From Octopus sinensis (lineage: Eukaryota): 64,000 nt of DNA. The position numbers were made by a program, and so were the translations under genes. Under the pieces are notes generated by a model that worked only from the letters and a program-made list of their open reading frames with translations, did not search any database and was not told where the DNA came from. Shown piece by piece: positions 13,150-25,899 of this stretch (position 1 is the stretch's first letter; each line of letters begins with the position of its first letter). Where the stretch lies: the NCBI RefSeq assembly GCF_006345805.1, contig NC_043000.1, positions 76,012,001-76,076,000 of the forward strand, in the 5' to 3' direction.

Positions 13150-13600
13150 TCTTTCTTTCACCTGTAACAACTAACTTCTATAAGCACACACCAGGAGATT
13201 TTGTGCACGCACGTATGTGTGAGTGTGTGCGTACATACATATATATGCATTTGTATATATTTATGTCTTGCCTATATATGTCTGTATATGTATGTAGTCA
13301 TGTACCTGCGTCTTGCCTATATATGTCTGTATATGTATGTAGCCATGTACCTGCATCAGTATGTTTAGTGTATATACGTATATTATAGATTGTTTGGTAT
13401 GTGTATATATTGCTAAATGTATATGTAATCTAGGGTGGAATTTTTTTAAACGATATATCTGTTAATTTATTATTATTTTTACAGCTGATTATTTTCCCTG
13501 GGTATTCAGGCCTTTTCCTTCTTTAAAAGCTATTTTTGATTTAAGATTTTCTTCGATTTTTATAATAATATGATTTTAAACCGCAATTTGTAATTTCATG
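13150..13600 (+). repeat. Right pseudo-LTR of the Penelope-like element; the left copy is split as 6205-6290, ~6433-6462 and 10525-10820
   Basis: 13255-13590 is a direct repeat of 10525-10820, and 13150-13240 matches 6205-6290. Confidence 0.8.
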
Positions 13601-13863
13601 CAACCACTTATTGAAAAGACCGTTAGTTGGAAGGACCAATGAAACAAAACCATTTTCAAATGTGTATCTATACATGCATATAACTTTATCTTGCTCTATT
13701 CTAAAAAAAAACTCTCCGACGAATGGGAACGTGAAACTCTGAGTAACAGTTTTTTAAATATTTTTCCTGCTTTTTAATAAAGCATATTACTCTGCCTCTG
13801 GTATTCGAGTACTAATTTTTCCGCCTTATTTCACATTTATGTGCTTACTCTGGTATATGCGCG

Positions 13864-13924
<61 letters not shown>

Positions 13925-13928
<4 letters not shown>

Positions 13929-14640
13929 TCGTTATTTATTGTACTTGTCTTGTTTTCCATTGGTTTCTTTCGTTGTTCACAAAAAGAAGTTCGCATTCCA
14001 TGTTTTCGTATATCGTATTTCATGTTGTTTGCGTCTCCCCCTTCGATTTTTTCCTCTCATCCTTTCTCTAATTGTTTTTCTCTCCCCTTTACCGTTCCCT
14101 ATCTGTCCCTCTCTCTTTCTCATTCTTCCTCCTTTACTCTCTCGTTGCTCATACGTGACCATCGGCCAGCTTCTTTCTTTCCTTTTGATCTGCCACACAG
14201 ATCATACGCCTTCTTGTCTGTCTCCTCTCCTATCTTTTCTCCTGTCAAAGCTTGTTCCTCTAGCATTCGCCACCTCACCTCGTTATGGCTTAGCAGCCCT
14301 TACTGTTTGTTTTCACTGTCCTGTTTTTCTACCAACTTTGACCCTCCGCAAATCCCAAATTTTATTTTTGCTTTGCGGGAGCAACTGTTTTTCCGAAGAC
14401 ACATGTTGCAATTGCTCGAAATGTGGAGTAGATAAAACAGCCGACAACTGATGGAGGGTCGTTCTTTATGTTACTTGTCTTGTTTTCCATGTTCCTTTCG
14501 TTGTTCGTAAAAAAAAGTTCCTATTCCATGTTTTCGCATTTCGTATTTCATGTTGTTTACGTTTTATGACGTCCTGTACCTATATATGCATATGTATATA
14601 CATATATCTGTAAGTATGTACATATATGTATGTATATATG
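13925..14640 (+). repeat. Dispersed repeat family; related copies at 62740-63190 (+), 38680-39130 (-) and 39480-39600 (-)
   Basis: Shared blocks such as caactttgaccctcc...gagcaactgt...ttgctcgaaatg...gtaga...gacaactg and gacgtcctgtacc-atatatgcat. Confidence 0.65.
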
Positions 14641-14647
14641 CATATAT

Positions 14648-15900
14648 ATTAGGTTGGCAACTAAGTTCCCGCCGTTTTTTAAATTTGGAATTTATTGCGT
14701 TTTTAAATTTTAAATCTAATTTTTTTTCGAGAATTCTATTTTTGAATCATTTTGGAATCTATTTTTTTCCTAGTTAATTTTAGTTAATTTTTGTTTATTT
14801 TCAGATCATTAGGGTGGAATGTCAAGTTAAGAAAAACGACACCTCCTTCTTTCTGTTCTAAGGCCACAAAACTGCTCGCGATATTTGTGCTGTGTATGGA
14901 AAGCGTGCCATAGCTGAAAGAACCGCTCGTGATTGATATGCCAAGTTAAAAATGGAAATTTTGACCTCAAAGACGCACTTCGTTCTGGCCGTCCAGTTGA
15001 GTTCGTTGAAGTGCGATTAAACCAACTTTTGCATGAAAATTCTCGTCAAACAACAAGTTAACTGGCAGAAAAAATGGAGTGCTTCCACACTGCTATAGAG
15101 AAGCCTCTTCACTCGATGGGCAAGGTTTTTAAATATGGAACATAGGTTCCGCATGCTTTAAGTGACAACAACAAAAATCAACGAGCCACAATCTCCGCTG
15201 GTTTGCTTGCTCATCACCGCTCAACTCATGGACACAAGCAACGATTTCTTTACCGAATCGTTACTGGCGAAACGATGGTACCTGTACATCAATATGAAGC
15301 AGCGTAAGGAATCACTTAGCCCCGATAAACAAGCGACCACGCGCGTGAAACAAGATCTTCATCCGCGTAAAACGATGTTGTGCATATGGTTAGACTGGGA
15401 AGGGATTGTCCATTACAAATTGCTTGAACAGAACCAAACGGTCAACGTGAAACTCTATGTTCAACAGATGGAACGACTCAACACGGCTATTCAAGAGAAA
15501 AGATCTAATCGGCAGCATGGAGTTCTTCTGCTGCACGACAACACCCGCCCTCATATCGCCAATATGACCAAGAAAGCCATTCAAACACATGGCTGGGAAG
15601 TGCTGCCACACCCGCCGTACTCTCCTGATTTGGCACGAACGGATTTCCATCTCTCTCAATCTCTTTCAAATGCTATGCACGCAGTTTCGTTCAATACTGA
15701 TGCAGAATTGAGAGCTTGGTTGGATCAATTTTCGAGTCGAAATCGGGTGATTTCTACCAACGAGGTATTGAAAATCTTGTTGAACGTTGGGAAGAAGTTG
15801 TAAACAACAAGGGTGAATGCATTATTGATTAATTAGTTGTTATTTTTTTATTAAGCCTTTTAAAAATTTAAATGAAAAAAAAAACAGCAGTAACTTAATA
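14648..15900 (+). mobile_element. Mariner (D,D34D) element, defective, copy 1
   Basis: 5' TIR ttaggttggcaactaagttcccgccgttttt. Motifs WVPH-like, LHDNTRPH, HPPYSPDLARTDFHL. The 3' TIR is degenerate. Confidence 0.9.
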
Positions 15901-15947
15901 TATTATTTATATTATTATATGATTGAACACCACGCATCTATTTCCAA

Positions 15948-15983
<36 letters not shown>

Positions 15984-15984
<1 letters not shown>

Positions 15985-17165
15985 CTAGCATTATGACCCG
16001 TCGTTGCCGGGTCATAGTGCTAGTGTATGCATATATGTGTTTATATATGTGTACGTATTATATGTACATCTATATATATACATCAACAATACATAAAATA
16101 CAAAATACAAAGTTATATCTTGACGTCGCTAGTGATAACAATACTCAAAATATATAACAGACTGGAATTGTAAGCCCGTCTCTTGCAATTTCGATCAATT
16201 GTATCTTGTCCTCCCTCTTGTATAGGAGTGTGGCTACAATCCAGCCTACCCCAACTTCTGGGTGGGGGGGCATTTTTAATTTTTATCTGGCACGTCCTAC
16301 GTCCCAGATATAAAGGTAAAAATAAAATATTTCCACTTTGCAAGTTCGAATTGAGTACTCCCTTGCACGCTCCGTTGACTCGAACCTTGCTTCTATTGTG
16401 GCGAATTTACCGCCTCTGGTTAGATATCTTTCATAGTCGCACCAAGACACTTTTCGATGGTGCTTTCCTCCAGGTGTTCAAATCTTATTTTTTTCTCTAC
16501 ATTGTATACTTTATAGACAATAGTTTTTTCTTTAATTTAATTTTTTATTATCCATCTGGACTATTCCATTTCTGCACGCTAATTTTATTTTTAATTTATT
16601 CCCATTCATGTGAAACCACTTATTCAAGTTCAAGTCATTGATGCAATTTTATACTAATTGCTATTTTTACTTTTGTTATGTTACGATTATATTATACTTT
16701 AGTTTGATTTTAATTATTACTTACTACATATAATTTAATTGTTATTATTATTTTTTATTGTTAAAGTGAAAGTATCTGACATAAAATAGAGAAATGTTTT
16801 TGTTTCACTTTTAAGACGTAATACTGAAATAGTAGGGAAGATATGATATTGCTATGGGCTCGCTCTAGGCAAGAAGTTGAACATTTTTTTTTTGCCCATG
16901 AAACTACATGGATCCTAAGTAAGGCATGTGTAAAATTTGAATGAAATTGGTTGTGTAGTTCTCAAGTTTTAGGGAATCGTAGTGGAGAAGATATGATATT
17001 GCTGTGGGCTCGCCCTAGGCAAAAAGTTTTAAAAAATGTTTTGCTGATGACACTCCCCGGACCCCAAGTAAGGCATGTGTAAAATTTGAATGAAATTGGT
17101 TGTGTAGTTCTCAAGTTTTAGGGAAACAGACAGACAGACACACACACACACACATTCTCAGTTTT
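15984..17165 (+). mobile_element. Non-autonomous Helitron/Helentron-like element with internal ~150-bp tandem duplication
   Basis: 5' ACTAGC hairpin (15984-16000 pairs with 16008-16024), duplicated unit at ~16830-16975 and ~16980-17125, and an (acag)n(ac)n tail ending cattctcagttttata. Confidence 0.5.
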
Positions 17166-17169
17166 ATAT

Positions 17170-17204
<35 letters not shown>

Positions 17205-17879
17205 CAGAAACTTGATTTCCATGACTTAAACATTGATTGATCAGTGACCAATGTCCTACGGCGAAAGAATATTAACTGAAAAAAGAATCGACTTGTGACT
17301 AATGTTATGGAGAGACAGTTCACATGAATGCAACAGACACTTGTCTTTAAACTCAAAAGAAATGAGAAAGGTGAAACTATAGACAAAAGACTTTAGAACT
17401 ATAGGGACAAATAACAGATTTCTCAAGCCTTTACAGTTGAACTGTGTCAACGATTAGCGACGAGAATTTTGACGCTTCATGAAATATATTCAAATTTAAA
17501 ATGAATTTAACAGTTTTGTGTTATTAAAGGGACCTTTCACAATGCAGCTGCTTCAGTTTCAGTACAAATTCTCAGATAAAGTCACTTACCAGACAAATAA
17601 AACTGAAAAACTAACAATAAAGTACCTTGCATACATACACATACACATATGCACAAGTAACTTTAATATTCTCTCTACTGTATCTTTACTTAAAAATACT
17701 CACCTAATTAACTTAGTTTCAATTCCATATACCTTCCTATTACATACTTCAAAGACTTTCTCTAAATTGAATATTTGTTCCACCCTATATTCTTTTTCTT
17801 TCTACATTTATTCTTTTTTACACTCTCTTCTACTTTGTCTTCTACTTCTGTCCATTCGTTGACTTTGCTTTTCATCCTT

Positions 17880-18390
17880 CCGCTGGTGAGGTGAGGGGTA
17901 CAATAAAATAGGTACCAGTTGAGCACTGGGCTCGATGTGATCGTCTAACTTCCTGCCCCTAAATTGCTGGCCTTGTGTCAAAATTTGAAATCAATATTTT
18001 AAATTCGCTAAGGCGGTGAGCTGGCAGAATCGATAGTACGCCGGGCAAAATGCTTAGCGGCATTTCGTCCGTCTTCACATTCTGAGTTCAAATTACGCCG
18101 AGGCTGGTTTTGCCAAGAAAGTTAAACTCTAGGGTCGGTGTAATGGACTTACCCACTCCTCTGAAATTACTGGCCTCGTGCCAAAATTTGAAGTCAGTAT
18201 TAAAGCAGTGAGCTGGTAGAATCGTTAGCACACCAGAAAAAATGCCTAGCAGCATTTCACCCGTCTTTACGTTCTGAGTTCAAATTCCGCTGATGTCGAC
18301 TTTGCTTGTACCAGTTGAGCACTGAGTCGATGTAATCGACAAGCCCTTCCCCCGCACTTACCGGTCTTGTGCAAAAATTTGAAACCAATA
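17880..18390 (+). mobile_element. Cluster of partial family-B SINE copies
   Basis: Repeated ggtgagctggcagaatcg...ttctgagttcaaatt heads and gtaccagttgagcactgg tails. Confidence 0.7.
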
Positions 18391-18451
18391 CTTTAAATCA
18401 TCTATTTTCAAAAAACATATCGAAATCATTTCTGCTCATTTTATGAATCAG

Positions 18452-18680
18452 GTCTAATAAATAACATCCAACATGACCCAAAGAATGTTCGTGCCCTTGC
18501 AAGGATCTCCAACCCTGAGACCCTGATAACCCAAATGGTGGAGTCGGGATGTGGAGTCTTTAAATATGAGTCTGACAGTGAGCCCTCTTTCCACCAGAAA
18601 CAAGGTGTGGCCAATCACCGATATCTTTGTCGATGTGGTTGTTCTATGGCAGATCACCACAATTTTCTTTACAAATTTAG
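18452..18680 (+). other. Unassigned exon-like open segment (GLINNIQHDPKNVRALARISNPETLITQMVESGCGVFKYE...YLCRCGCSMADHHNFLYKF)
   Basis: 229 bp stop-free between cag| (18451) and |gtacta (18681), with higher GC than its flanks and a CxCxC-x4-HH motif. No family recognised. Confidence 0.3.
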
Positions 18681-18989
18681 GTACTACATTTCAGATTGTG
18701 ATTGTCAAAGTCACTGGTCCGAACAAATATTTTCCAGACTATGCCTTATTCTTTTAGAGTTATGGGAGGTGAAAATTAGGGAAGCATTATATACATGCAT
18801 GATGCATCATAGAATAAAGACATAAAACATAACAAATACCACAATTAATATAATCTAATATTAATCTTATATTTAAGATACATATGAAAATTACAAAATA
18901 CCTTTTTTCTGTTCTTTGTAGCAACGTATTTCCTTACACTTTTGTCATTTTCTAGAGACAATGTCATTTTCTAGAGATAAAATGCACAA

Positions 18990-21091
18990 GAAATTTTAGT
19001 GCCCTTCAGTCACGGTAGACAGAAATTTTTTTCTTTATAAAGGAAAGCTTTGAGAAATTCCTTTCTGCTTCACAGCTCGTGATAGGCATTGTTAAGTACA
19101 TCTTAATTGCAGTGGTAATATTAGGGAATACTTCAATTAATGGTTGCTCAAAAATAAGCTAAAGAACTTCTATGCATTGTGTGTTTTCTACTGTGTTCCG
19201 GGATTTCCAAAGGTGTAAATACTCTTTGAACTGATAACACTCATTTATTAATTTGTGGTCAATATTGTCTTTGTAATGCGATATTATAAGTTTGATCACT
19301 CTCCTCATCAAATTCTGAATTGTTCATTAATTCTGAGTGCAACTTGAACCTTTTAGCAATCTTAACTGGATTATCAAGCAGTCATGGACTTGATTTAGAA
19401 CTTCTATCCTAAATTTTTCAGCCCCTTTCGAAGAAGCCCTATCCCCTGTTCCATCTGCAAATTTCTTTATAACAATGCGTTTGGAAATATCAGAATAATT
19501 TGAGGTCATATATTCGCATAAACCTTTTGCTACTGATTCATAGTGTGCAATCCTGTCGGCTGAATTTTCTCGTAGTTCTTTTAACAAATGAAAGCAAAGA
19601 TGTTAGCAGAAGGTAACCTTCAAATACATCAGAACCAGGAATATGGGGTTTCTTACTTGTTTTGTTAAAATGCTCTATAATCTCTTCCTAAACGACTTTT
19701 AAAACAGCATATACCAATTTTACCAACTTTCTTTTTACCAACTTGTAGTATAAATTCTTTGCATCTCGCTTACATTCAGGCTTCTCTTCTGAGTCTTCAA
19801 ACATGTTTGAAAGTTTGTAAAATATCCCTATATCCATTTTTAATTGCATGGACAACTTCATAGTATGAAGACCATCTAGTTACACTTAAGCTCTTTAGAG
19901 AAAAGGCTAGATTGCTCTGTGTGTTTAAAATCACCCATATTCGAGGAGATTCAGAAAAGAAAACATACAGCTGCTGGCTGCCAAAATAGTCAACAACTTC
20001 AGGTACAGTAGATACTGCTTTTTCTCCAATAAGGTTGAGTGAATGACTTGCACGTGGTACATAGTCTGCATATCTGTTTTTACAATCTTTTTTCAAAGTA
20101 CTTGTTTGAGAAACTTCGATTTTGCTGTTTGTAAATCTTGTCCGATTCAGTATATACATTAACTTTTTTTATATTTTGAAAAAATCTAATGTTTTGCATT
20201 AAACAGATTTGTATTAAATCATTATCAGTTGTTACGGGCCAGTTTGCAGGTCACTGTATTCTTTAAAATCACTAAATTTGCTTCCTTTTTCTACTCTCTC
20301 TTTTCTTGAAATTCTTGACCACTTATCAAAGTGGTCAAGTGGTCATCTGCACCAAAATGTCAATAGTAGGTTGATTATTGCTAAGCAGAGTCCTCATGGT
20401 TTGTGCACTTTCATTGACTTAACTGGTACTTGCACGACTTGTTTCAGTTGCAGGTGATGACAAATTTTTACTTGACATTATAAAATAGTTTGATAGATTT
20501 TGACATTTAAAAATTTCGTTAGATTGCTTTTCCTTGAGTTGGCGTTTCCGCTTAAGTACTTTCTTGAAGACATTTCTATTCCTCTTGAGGCCTAGTCCTC
20601 TGTGGAAAAAATTGGGGTCATATTTTCATTAGCCACAGCAAGACAGAGATTGATCAAGATAATGGTCCACAACTTAATATATAGTCATAAATGAAGGATT
20701 ATTTATTTTGTACAAGGTGATATTCAAACAATTTTTGAAGTAGAAAAAATGCTTTGTTCCTAAACAGATTGTAAGAGGGGCAGGGCTGAAGTTTCCAAAA
20801 TAATAGAAAAGCAAATTATCTGCTGTCATTTGTACTTTTATTTTTTATACCACTCCACATCGGCAGAAACAGCGGGTGGAATAACTCATGGTTAGACACT
20901 GTGTACCTAGACTATGCGTAGGAGTACGAGATGACGCTGTCCACTAAGACTGGAAACAGCAATCTGCATGGCAAAGTAAAAAAACAAAAAAATTGACAGA
21001 ATAAAAAAACTAAGTGGCTTTAGAGGGGCCCCTCTGGGATTAGGGGCCCTGAAGCTTAAGCTTCATTAGTTTTATAGTAAATTCGTCACTG
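18990..21091 (-). mobile_element. hAT transposon (Tip100/ZMYM1-like), defective
   Basis: YVPRASHSLNL (CxxH position), LSVTRW, and the dimerisation motif YLTMPITSCEAERNFSKL. 5' end CAGTGACGAATTTA...GAAGCTTAAGCTTCAGGGCCCC at 21091. Confidence 0.85.
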
Positions 21092-21439
21092 CTTATACAT
21101 ACACGTATGTATATATGAATGTGTGTGTGTATGTATGATTATGTATGTATGTATGTATGTATGTATGTATGTATGTATGTATGTATGTATGTATGTAGGG
21201 GAAGCTTGGGAAAGTTGGATAATTTTTTACTTTTTTCAATATGATATGGACTCTCTGTGCATAAGAAAGAATTCTGTACCAAGTTGTCACATTCATAGAC
21301 TTGTAATGTATATATGCTAAGGATATAATTTCAAATTATCTCAATTACAATATATAATTATCTCAATTACAATATATGACATTCTTGAGTTTGTTTTACA
21401 TGCTCGGATACATGGTCTTACTGCTCAAAACATCTCTGG

Positions 21440-22800
21440 GTTTCAACGAGCAGGAAAGGGCCTAAGTGGTAACAAACTAAAAAAGAAAATGAAGAAAACT
21501 GGTCTTTGCATTTTGTAGGTAAACGTATTGAAGATCAAGAATACCAAGTGCTAGTTTTAAAGAATGAACAGTGAGAAGTTAAGTTAGAAGCACCCCAAAT
21601 ACCAAACGGAAAAGCCGATACTGTTGTGAAAAGAATAACAGCTGTTTTAGAGGAATACAATTTATGGAACTGTGAAAGATGGTTGTCGCTGATACGAATG
21701 TGAACACTGGGAAAAGAAATGGCATTGTCATTCAGTTGCAAAGACTGTTTGCTCAAAAGGGTTTGAAAGAACCGCATTTTATTGGTTGTCAGCATCATAT
21801 CCCTGATAGAGTTCTTCGTGTTGTAATGGATAACGAACTTGGAGAAAAAGTCATCTCCCAATATTGAATATACATTCATCCCAGAGCTTCTAAGTAATTA
21901 CGAGAAACTCTAGGCTAATTTCAACAATCGTGAAGAAAGGATTACTGAATCAGCAGGATGGCGAAATGACATGAAATTTCTATTTCTTTGAAGAAACCGA
22001 AAATTTCCTACTGTAAACTTTCAAAAAGTACCCAACTTAAGTAATGCAAGATGGAATTCTCGAGCAATACTAGCTCTTTTAGCATTTATTATTCTACCAG
22101 AGAAAAGAGTTTTGCTTCTCAATGTTTGTCGATTCATCTCTTACTGCCTTCAAGATCTTTATGATGTTTGTAACAAGGAGAAACTTCAACTTCGATTTAT
22201 TTTATCTAACAAAACATATTAATTCTTTGTAATATTTAAAAATTTGCTAACATTCAGCACCCTTTTTTTCTTATACCGTTATTTAAAATTGAAATTAAAC
22301 CTATAAAGTTAAAAGACATGTATTGTTTTTAATTTTGTATGTTATCGAATGCCTGTAGTAGTCTCTGTCTTAAAATAGCTAGTTTTGAACCTTTGCGTAG
22401 AGCAATTTCAATTCAATAATCTTAAAAATGTATAAATACACTTTTATTCCACATCTCTCTTGTGTTTACAAGGATTTAGGCAGCGGAAATACTGAAGTGT
22501 GAATCTTGTGCCACCTAGTGATTATAGTTTTAAAAGCCCATAATTCCGAAACTATTTCAACTAGAAAGCTGAAATTTCAGATATAACATTTCTGCATTGC
22601 ATTGAGTCAGCACACCAAGTTTGGCAAAATCTTGAGCAGGCGTTATGAACCACCCATCCTAGAATTTTGCAAGATTTGGGTCAAAAGTGGTGATCATTTA
22701 CTCAAGTTGAGAATGATGTTTCTTTCAAATAAAGCAAAATAAATGTTAGTTCCCTGACTTTTAAAAAATTATTCATCGAATTACAGTATAGGGCTATTAA
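21440..22800 (+). mobile_element. hATm-like transposase C-terminal relic
   Basis: ADTNVNTGKRNGIVIQLQ...FIGCQHHI.DRVL and SNARWNSRAILAL match the DTTxxNTG...CxHH pattern I associate with hATm-type transposases. The subfamily name is from memory. Confidence 0.6.
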
Positions 22801-22819
22801 CTTGTGAAAAGTCATAACC

Positions 22820-23548
22820 CTAATATATAATTGTGGTATCCTTTGCCAAGAAATCTGTCATCACTACTCCGTCCTGGTCCCAGAAGACTGTGAGCATGAC
22901 CTTGTCAGCAGAGGGCTGCACCCTTGCCTACTTTGGAGGAGGTGAGTCACGGTGCTTCCACTGCATTGACTGGGCTTTGGTCTCTGAATCATAGTGATGG
23001 ACCCAGGTTTCATCCTGTGTAATCAGTCTTTTGAAAAATTTTGACTCATCTTCTTGGCACATCTCCAAATTCATCCTCGAGCACTCGGTACTAATCTTGA
23101 CCTCATGGTCTATTTGGCGAATAGTTATGCGTCGATCTTCCAAAATGGCAGCCTCAACTTGACGGACAGATGCCTCATCAATGGCAGAAGGGGGGGCGAC
23201 CAGATCTGGGAGCTGTTTCCACAGAGTTCCGACCATGTTTGAATTCACGATGCCAGCGTTTTACAAGGTCATATGATGGGACATCATCACCATAAGTTAC
23301 TTTCATTTCATCAAAAGTCTCCCGTGGTGTGCGTCCTTTCAAATACAAAAACCGGATCACTGCTCGACACTCAACAGGCTCCATTTCACACTTGACTCAG
23401 TTCAAACTCCTGTAAATCAGAAACCACAATTAGTTCATTAATTTGCTACTTAATCTATAGAGATATAAATACTTGCACATGCAAAATTTCAGCTAGATCA
23501 AACAACTGCAAGTGGGTCAGAGGCATTACTTATTGAACGTCCCTCGTA
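22820..23548 (-). mobile_element. Mariner 5' half with internal deletion
   Basis: TIR TACGAGGGACGTTCAATAAGTAATGCC. HTH region RAVIRFL...PRSGRP, then ITQDETWVHHYD and SAGKVMLTVFWD. Confidence 0.88.
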
Positions 23549-23555
23549 TATATAT

Positions 23556-23759
23556 TCTTTTATTTGTTTCAGCCATTTAATTACGGCCATGCTGGGGCAG
23601 CGCCTTTAGTAGAGCAAATCTACCCCAAGACTTATTCTTTGTAAGCCTAGTACTTATTCTATCGGTCTCTTTTTGCCGAACCGCTAAATTAGTAGAAGTA
23701 AAAACACCAGCATCGGTTGTCAAGCGATATTGGGAGGACAAGCATAAACACACAAACAT

Positions 23760-23810
<51 letters not shown>

Positions 23811-24030
23811 ACACACACACACAACACACACACACACACAAGCCCGTCGTATATATATATATATATACGACGGGCTTCTTTCAGTTTCCGTCTACCAAAT
23901 CCACTCACAAGGCTTTGGTCGGCCCGAGGCTATAGTAGAAGGCACTTGCCCAAGGTGCCACGCAGTGGGACTGAACACGGAACTATGTGGTTGGTAAGTA
24001 AACTACTTACCACCCACCCACTCCTGCGCC
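23556..24030 (-). mobile_element. tRNA-derived SINE, family A (long, with internal microsatellite)
   Basis: Head gcaggagtgg...gtggtaag...ggttcagtccc; tail cagcatggccg...aatg(a/g)ctgaaacaa. Other copies: 30-215 (+), 6290-6432 (-), 37845-38222 (-), 40297-40331 plus 42371-42800 (+), 44430-44790 (-), 52215-52525 (+), 53849-53955 (-), 63210-63595 (-). Confidence 0.88.
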
Positions 24031-24037
24031 TATATAT

Positions 24038-24101
<64 letters not shown>

Positions 24102-25899
24102 TATATATATATATTGAATAATCATATCGAACTAGGTCAAGTTTGTGTCCACGCTAAATTGAAGACTTTAAAATATTTTAAATGATTAGAATATCCGTAA
24201 CTAGATAGATAGATATAACTTGATTTCTACTAGCATAGCACTGCTTTAAGTAGATAACTAAGAGTTCTCACACTACAGTTATCTTTTTCCTTATATCTGC
24301 ATCATTTTTTGAGAACAGGGAAATAAATAGTACTTATACGCTGCTTAATTGAGGCTTTATTTAATTTCAAACTCATATTTTTAAATTCTTAATTTTAAAT
24401 CTTAATTGTAATTTTTAATTTTAATTCCTAACTTAATCTAATTTAAGTAGCATAACTCTAATAAAATAAAATGAGATACTATAGCCCCATAATTCTATTT
24501 CAAAATTAAATAAATAAGGCTACCCCCTCGGTGATAATATGATTATCTTCATTATGATAGACAATCCCCTAACACCTTGTAAATGATCTTCTAAGATTTG
24601 ACCTGTAGTCCGTCAATGTATGAATAATAACGGCAACTCCTTAAGACAATAAAATGAATAAATTAAATAAGTAAGTTTTATTGACTTTTTGATAAGATTA
24701 TACTTAGATTTTCCTAATGTATTTTCTTTTGATTTTAGCATCTGACCCCTAAACCCCTGACTGTGTTATCTCTTTAGATTCTCTTTAAATTCATAGCTGA
24801 TTTCAACAGCAATAAATTAGCTGTTTTACTGGCCAAAGAATAATATTCTCCTCTAGTTCCTAGATGCCTGTAAATTAAAACCAGACTTGCCGTCTACTAA
24901 TTCTTCTGTATAACTAGAACCCTCTTTTTTATTTTTATTTTTTCCCTTCTTTCCCTATTTCTTTCTCTTTTCTCTTTTTTCTGTTTCTTCTTCTTATTCT
25001 CTTTTTCCTTTTCTCTTCTCTTTTAGTCCCCTTCCCCCCCCCCTTTTTTTGCTCCCTCCTCCTTTATTTTCTCTCTTTTCTTCTATTCCCTTCCCTTTCT
25101 ATTCTTGGCCTCTCTAGAAAGCCCTTCAGCCTTTAAAAGTTAAATAGCTACAGCCTCTTGTAAATAGCAGTAATGTGATTAATGTGGCAAATACCTAATC
25201 ATATAACAAGAATTGATACCTACCTCATTGTGTTCAACCATTGATAAATTATCGCCTGTGAATATGAAATTCCTCTTCATTTCTCTGGAAACTTACATCT
25301 ACACCATTGGAAATTGTGCATCTATACAAAGGATTAATTCACCCTCTCTGTAATGCTAATAAGCAGGAATTGAGACCCACCTCGTTGTGATTAACAATGG
25401 ATAAATTTGTCTTCTGTGAGTATGTAATCCCTCATCATATCTCTGGAAATTCATATGTGTTCTATGGATTAGGTCACCTTCTCTGTGATGCTATTAGAAC
25501 TTTTTTAAAATTCTGTGATAAGACTGTACATCATCTTTAAAGAACTTTAATGAACTTTGGAAATCTGTTTATGTTACTTAATTATCTACATTACTTCATG
25601 AGTATAGCCTCAACCACTAGGATGTCTAGAGAACTCACATGTATTTTAGCTGATGAGTACGGGACACGTTTATATGCTGTAATTTTTACAACTTTTAATA
25701 AAGCCTGTCCTTGTATGAAACGATTGTACTAAAAACCTATCCATTCTTGTTGCTTCTTTCTCGCTTATAATCACCCCACATTACTGTATTGTTAAAACAG
25801 TATAGTTTTTTTTGGTGCATCTAAGTTAGGTACCATATTCAAGTAAATTCATTTAAATTAACTTGAATCTTTATTGCTCTTTGTATATATATATATATA

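Noticed and set aside
13839-14435. 198-aa and 170-aa ORFs rich in Ser/Leu/Phe
   Set aside because: Pyrimidine-rich dispersed repeat with related copies at 38.7-39.1 and 62.7-63.2 kb; low complexity.
14445-14470. CTGATGGAGGG / CTGAAGAAGGG motifs in the 13.9, 38.9 and 63.0 kb repeat family as hammerheads
   Set aside because: No downstream GAAA or stem II closure.
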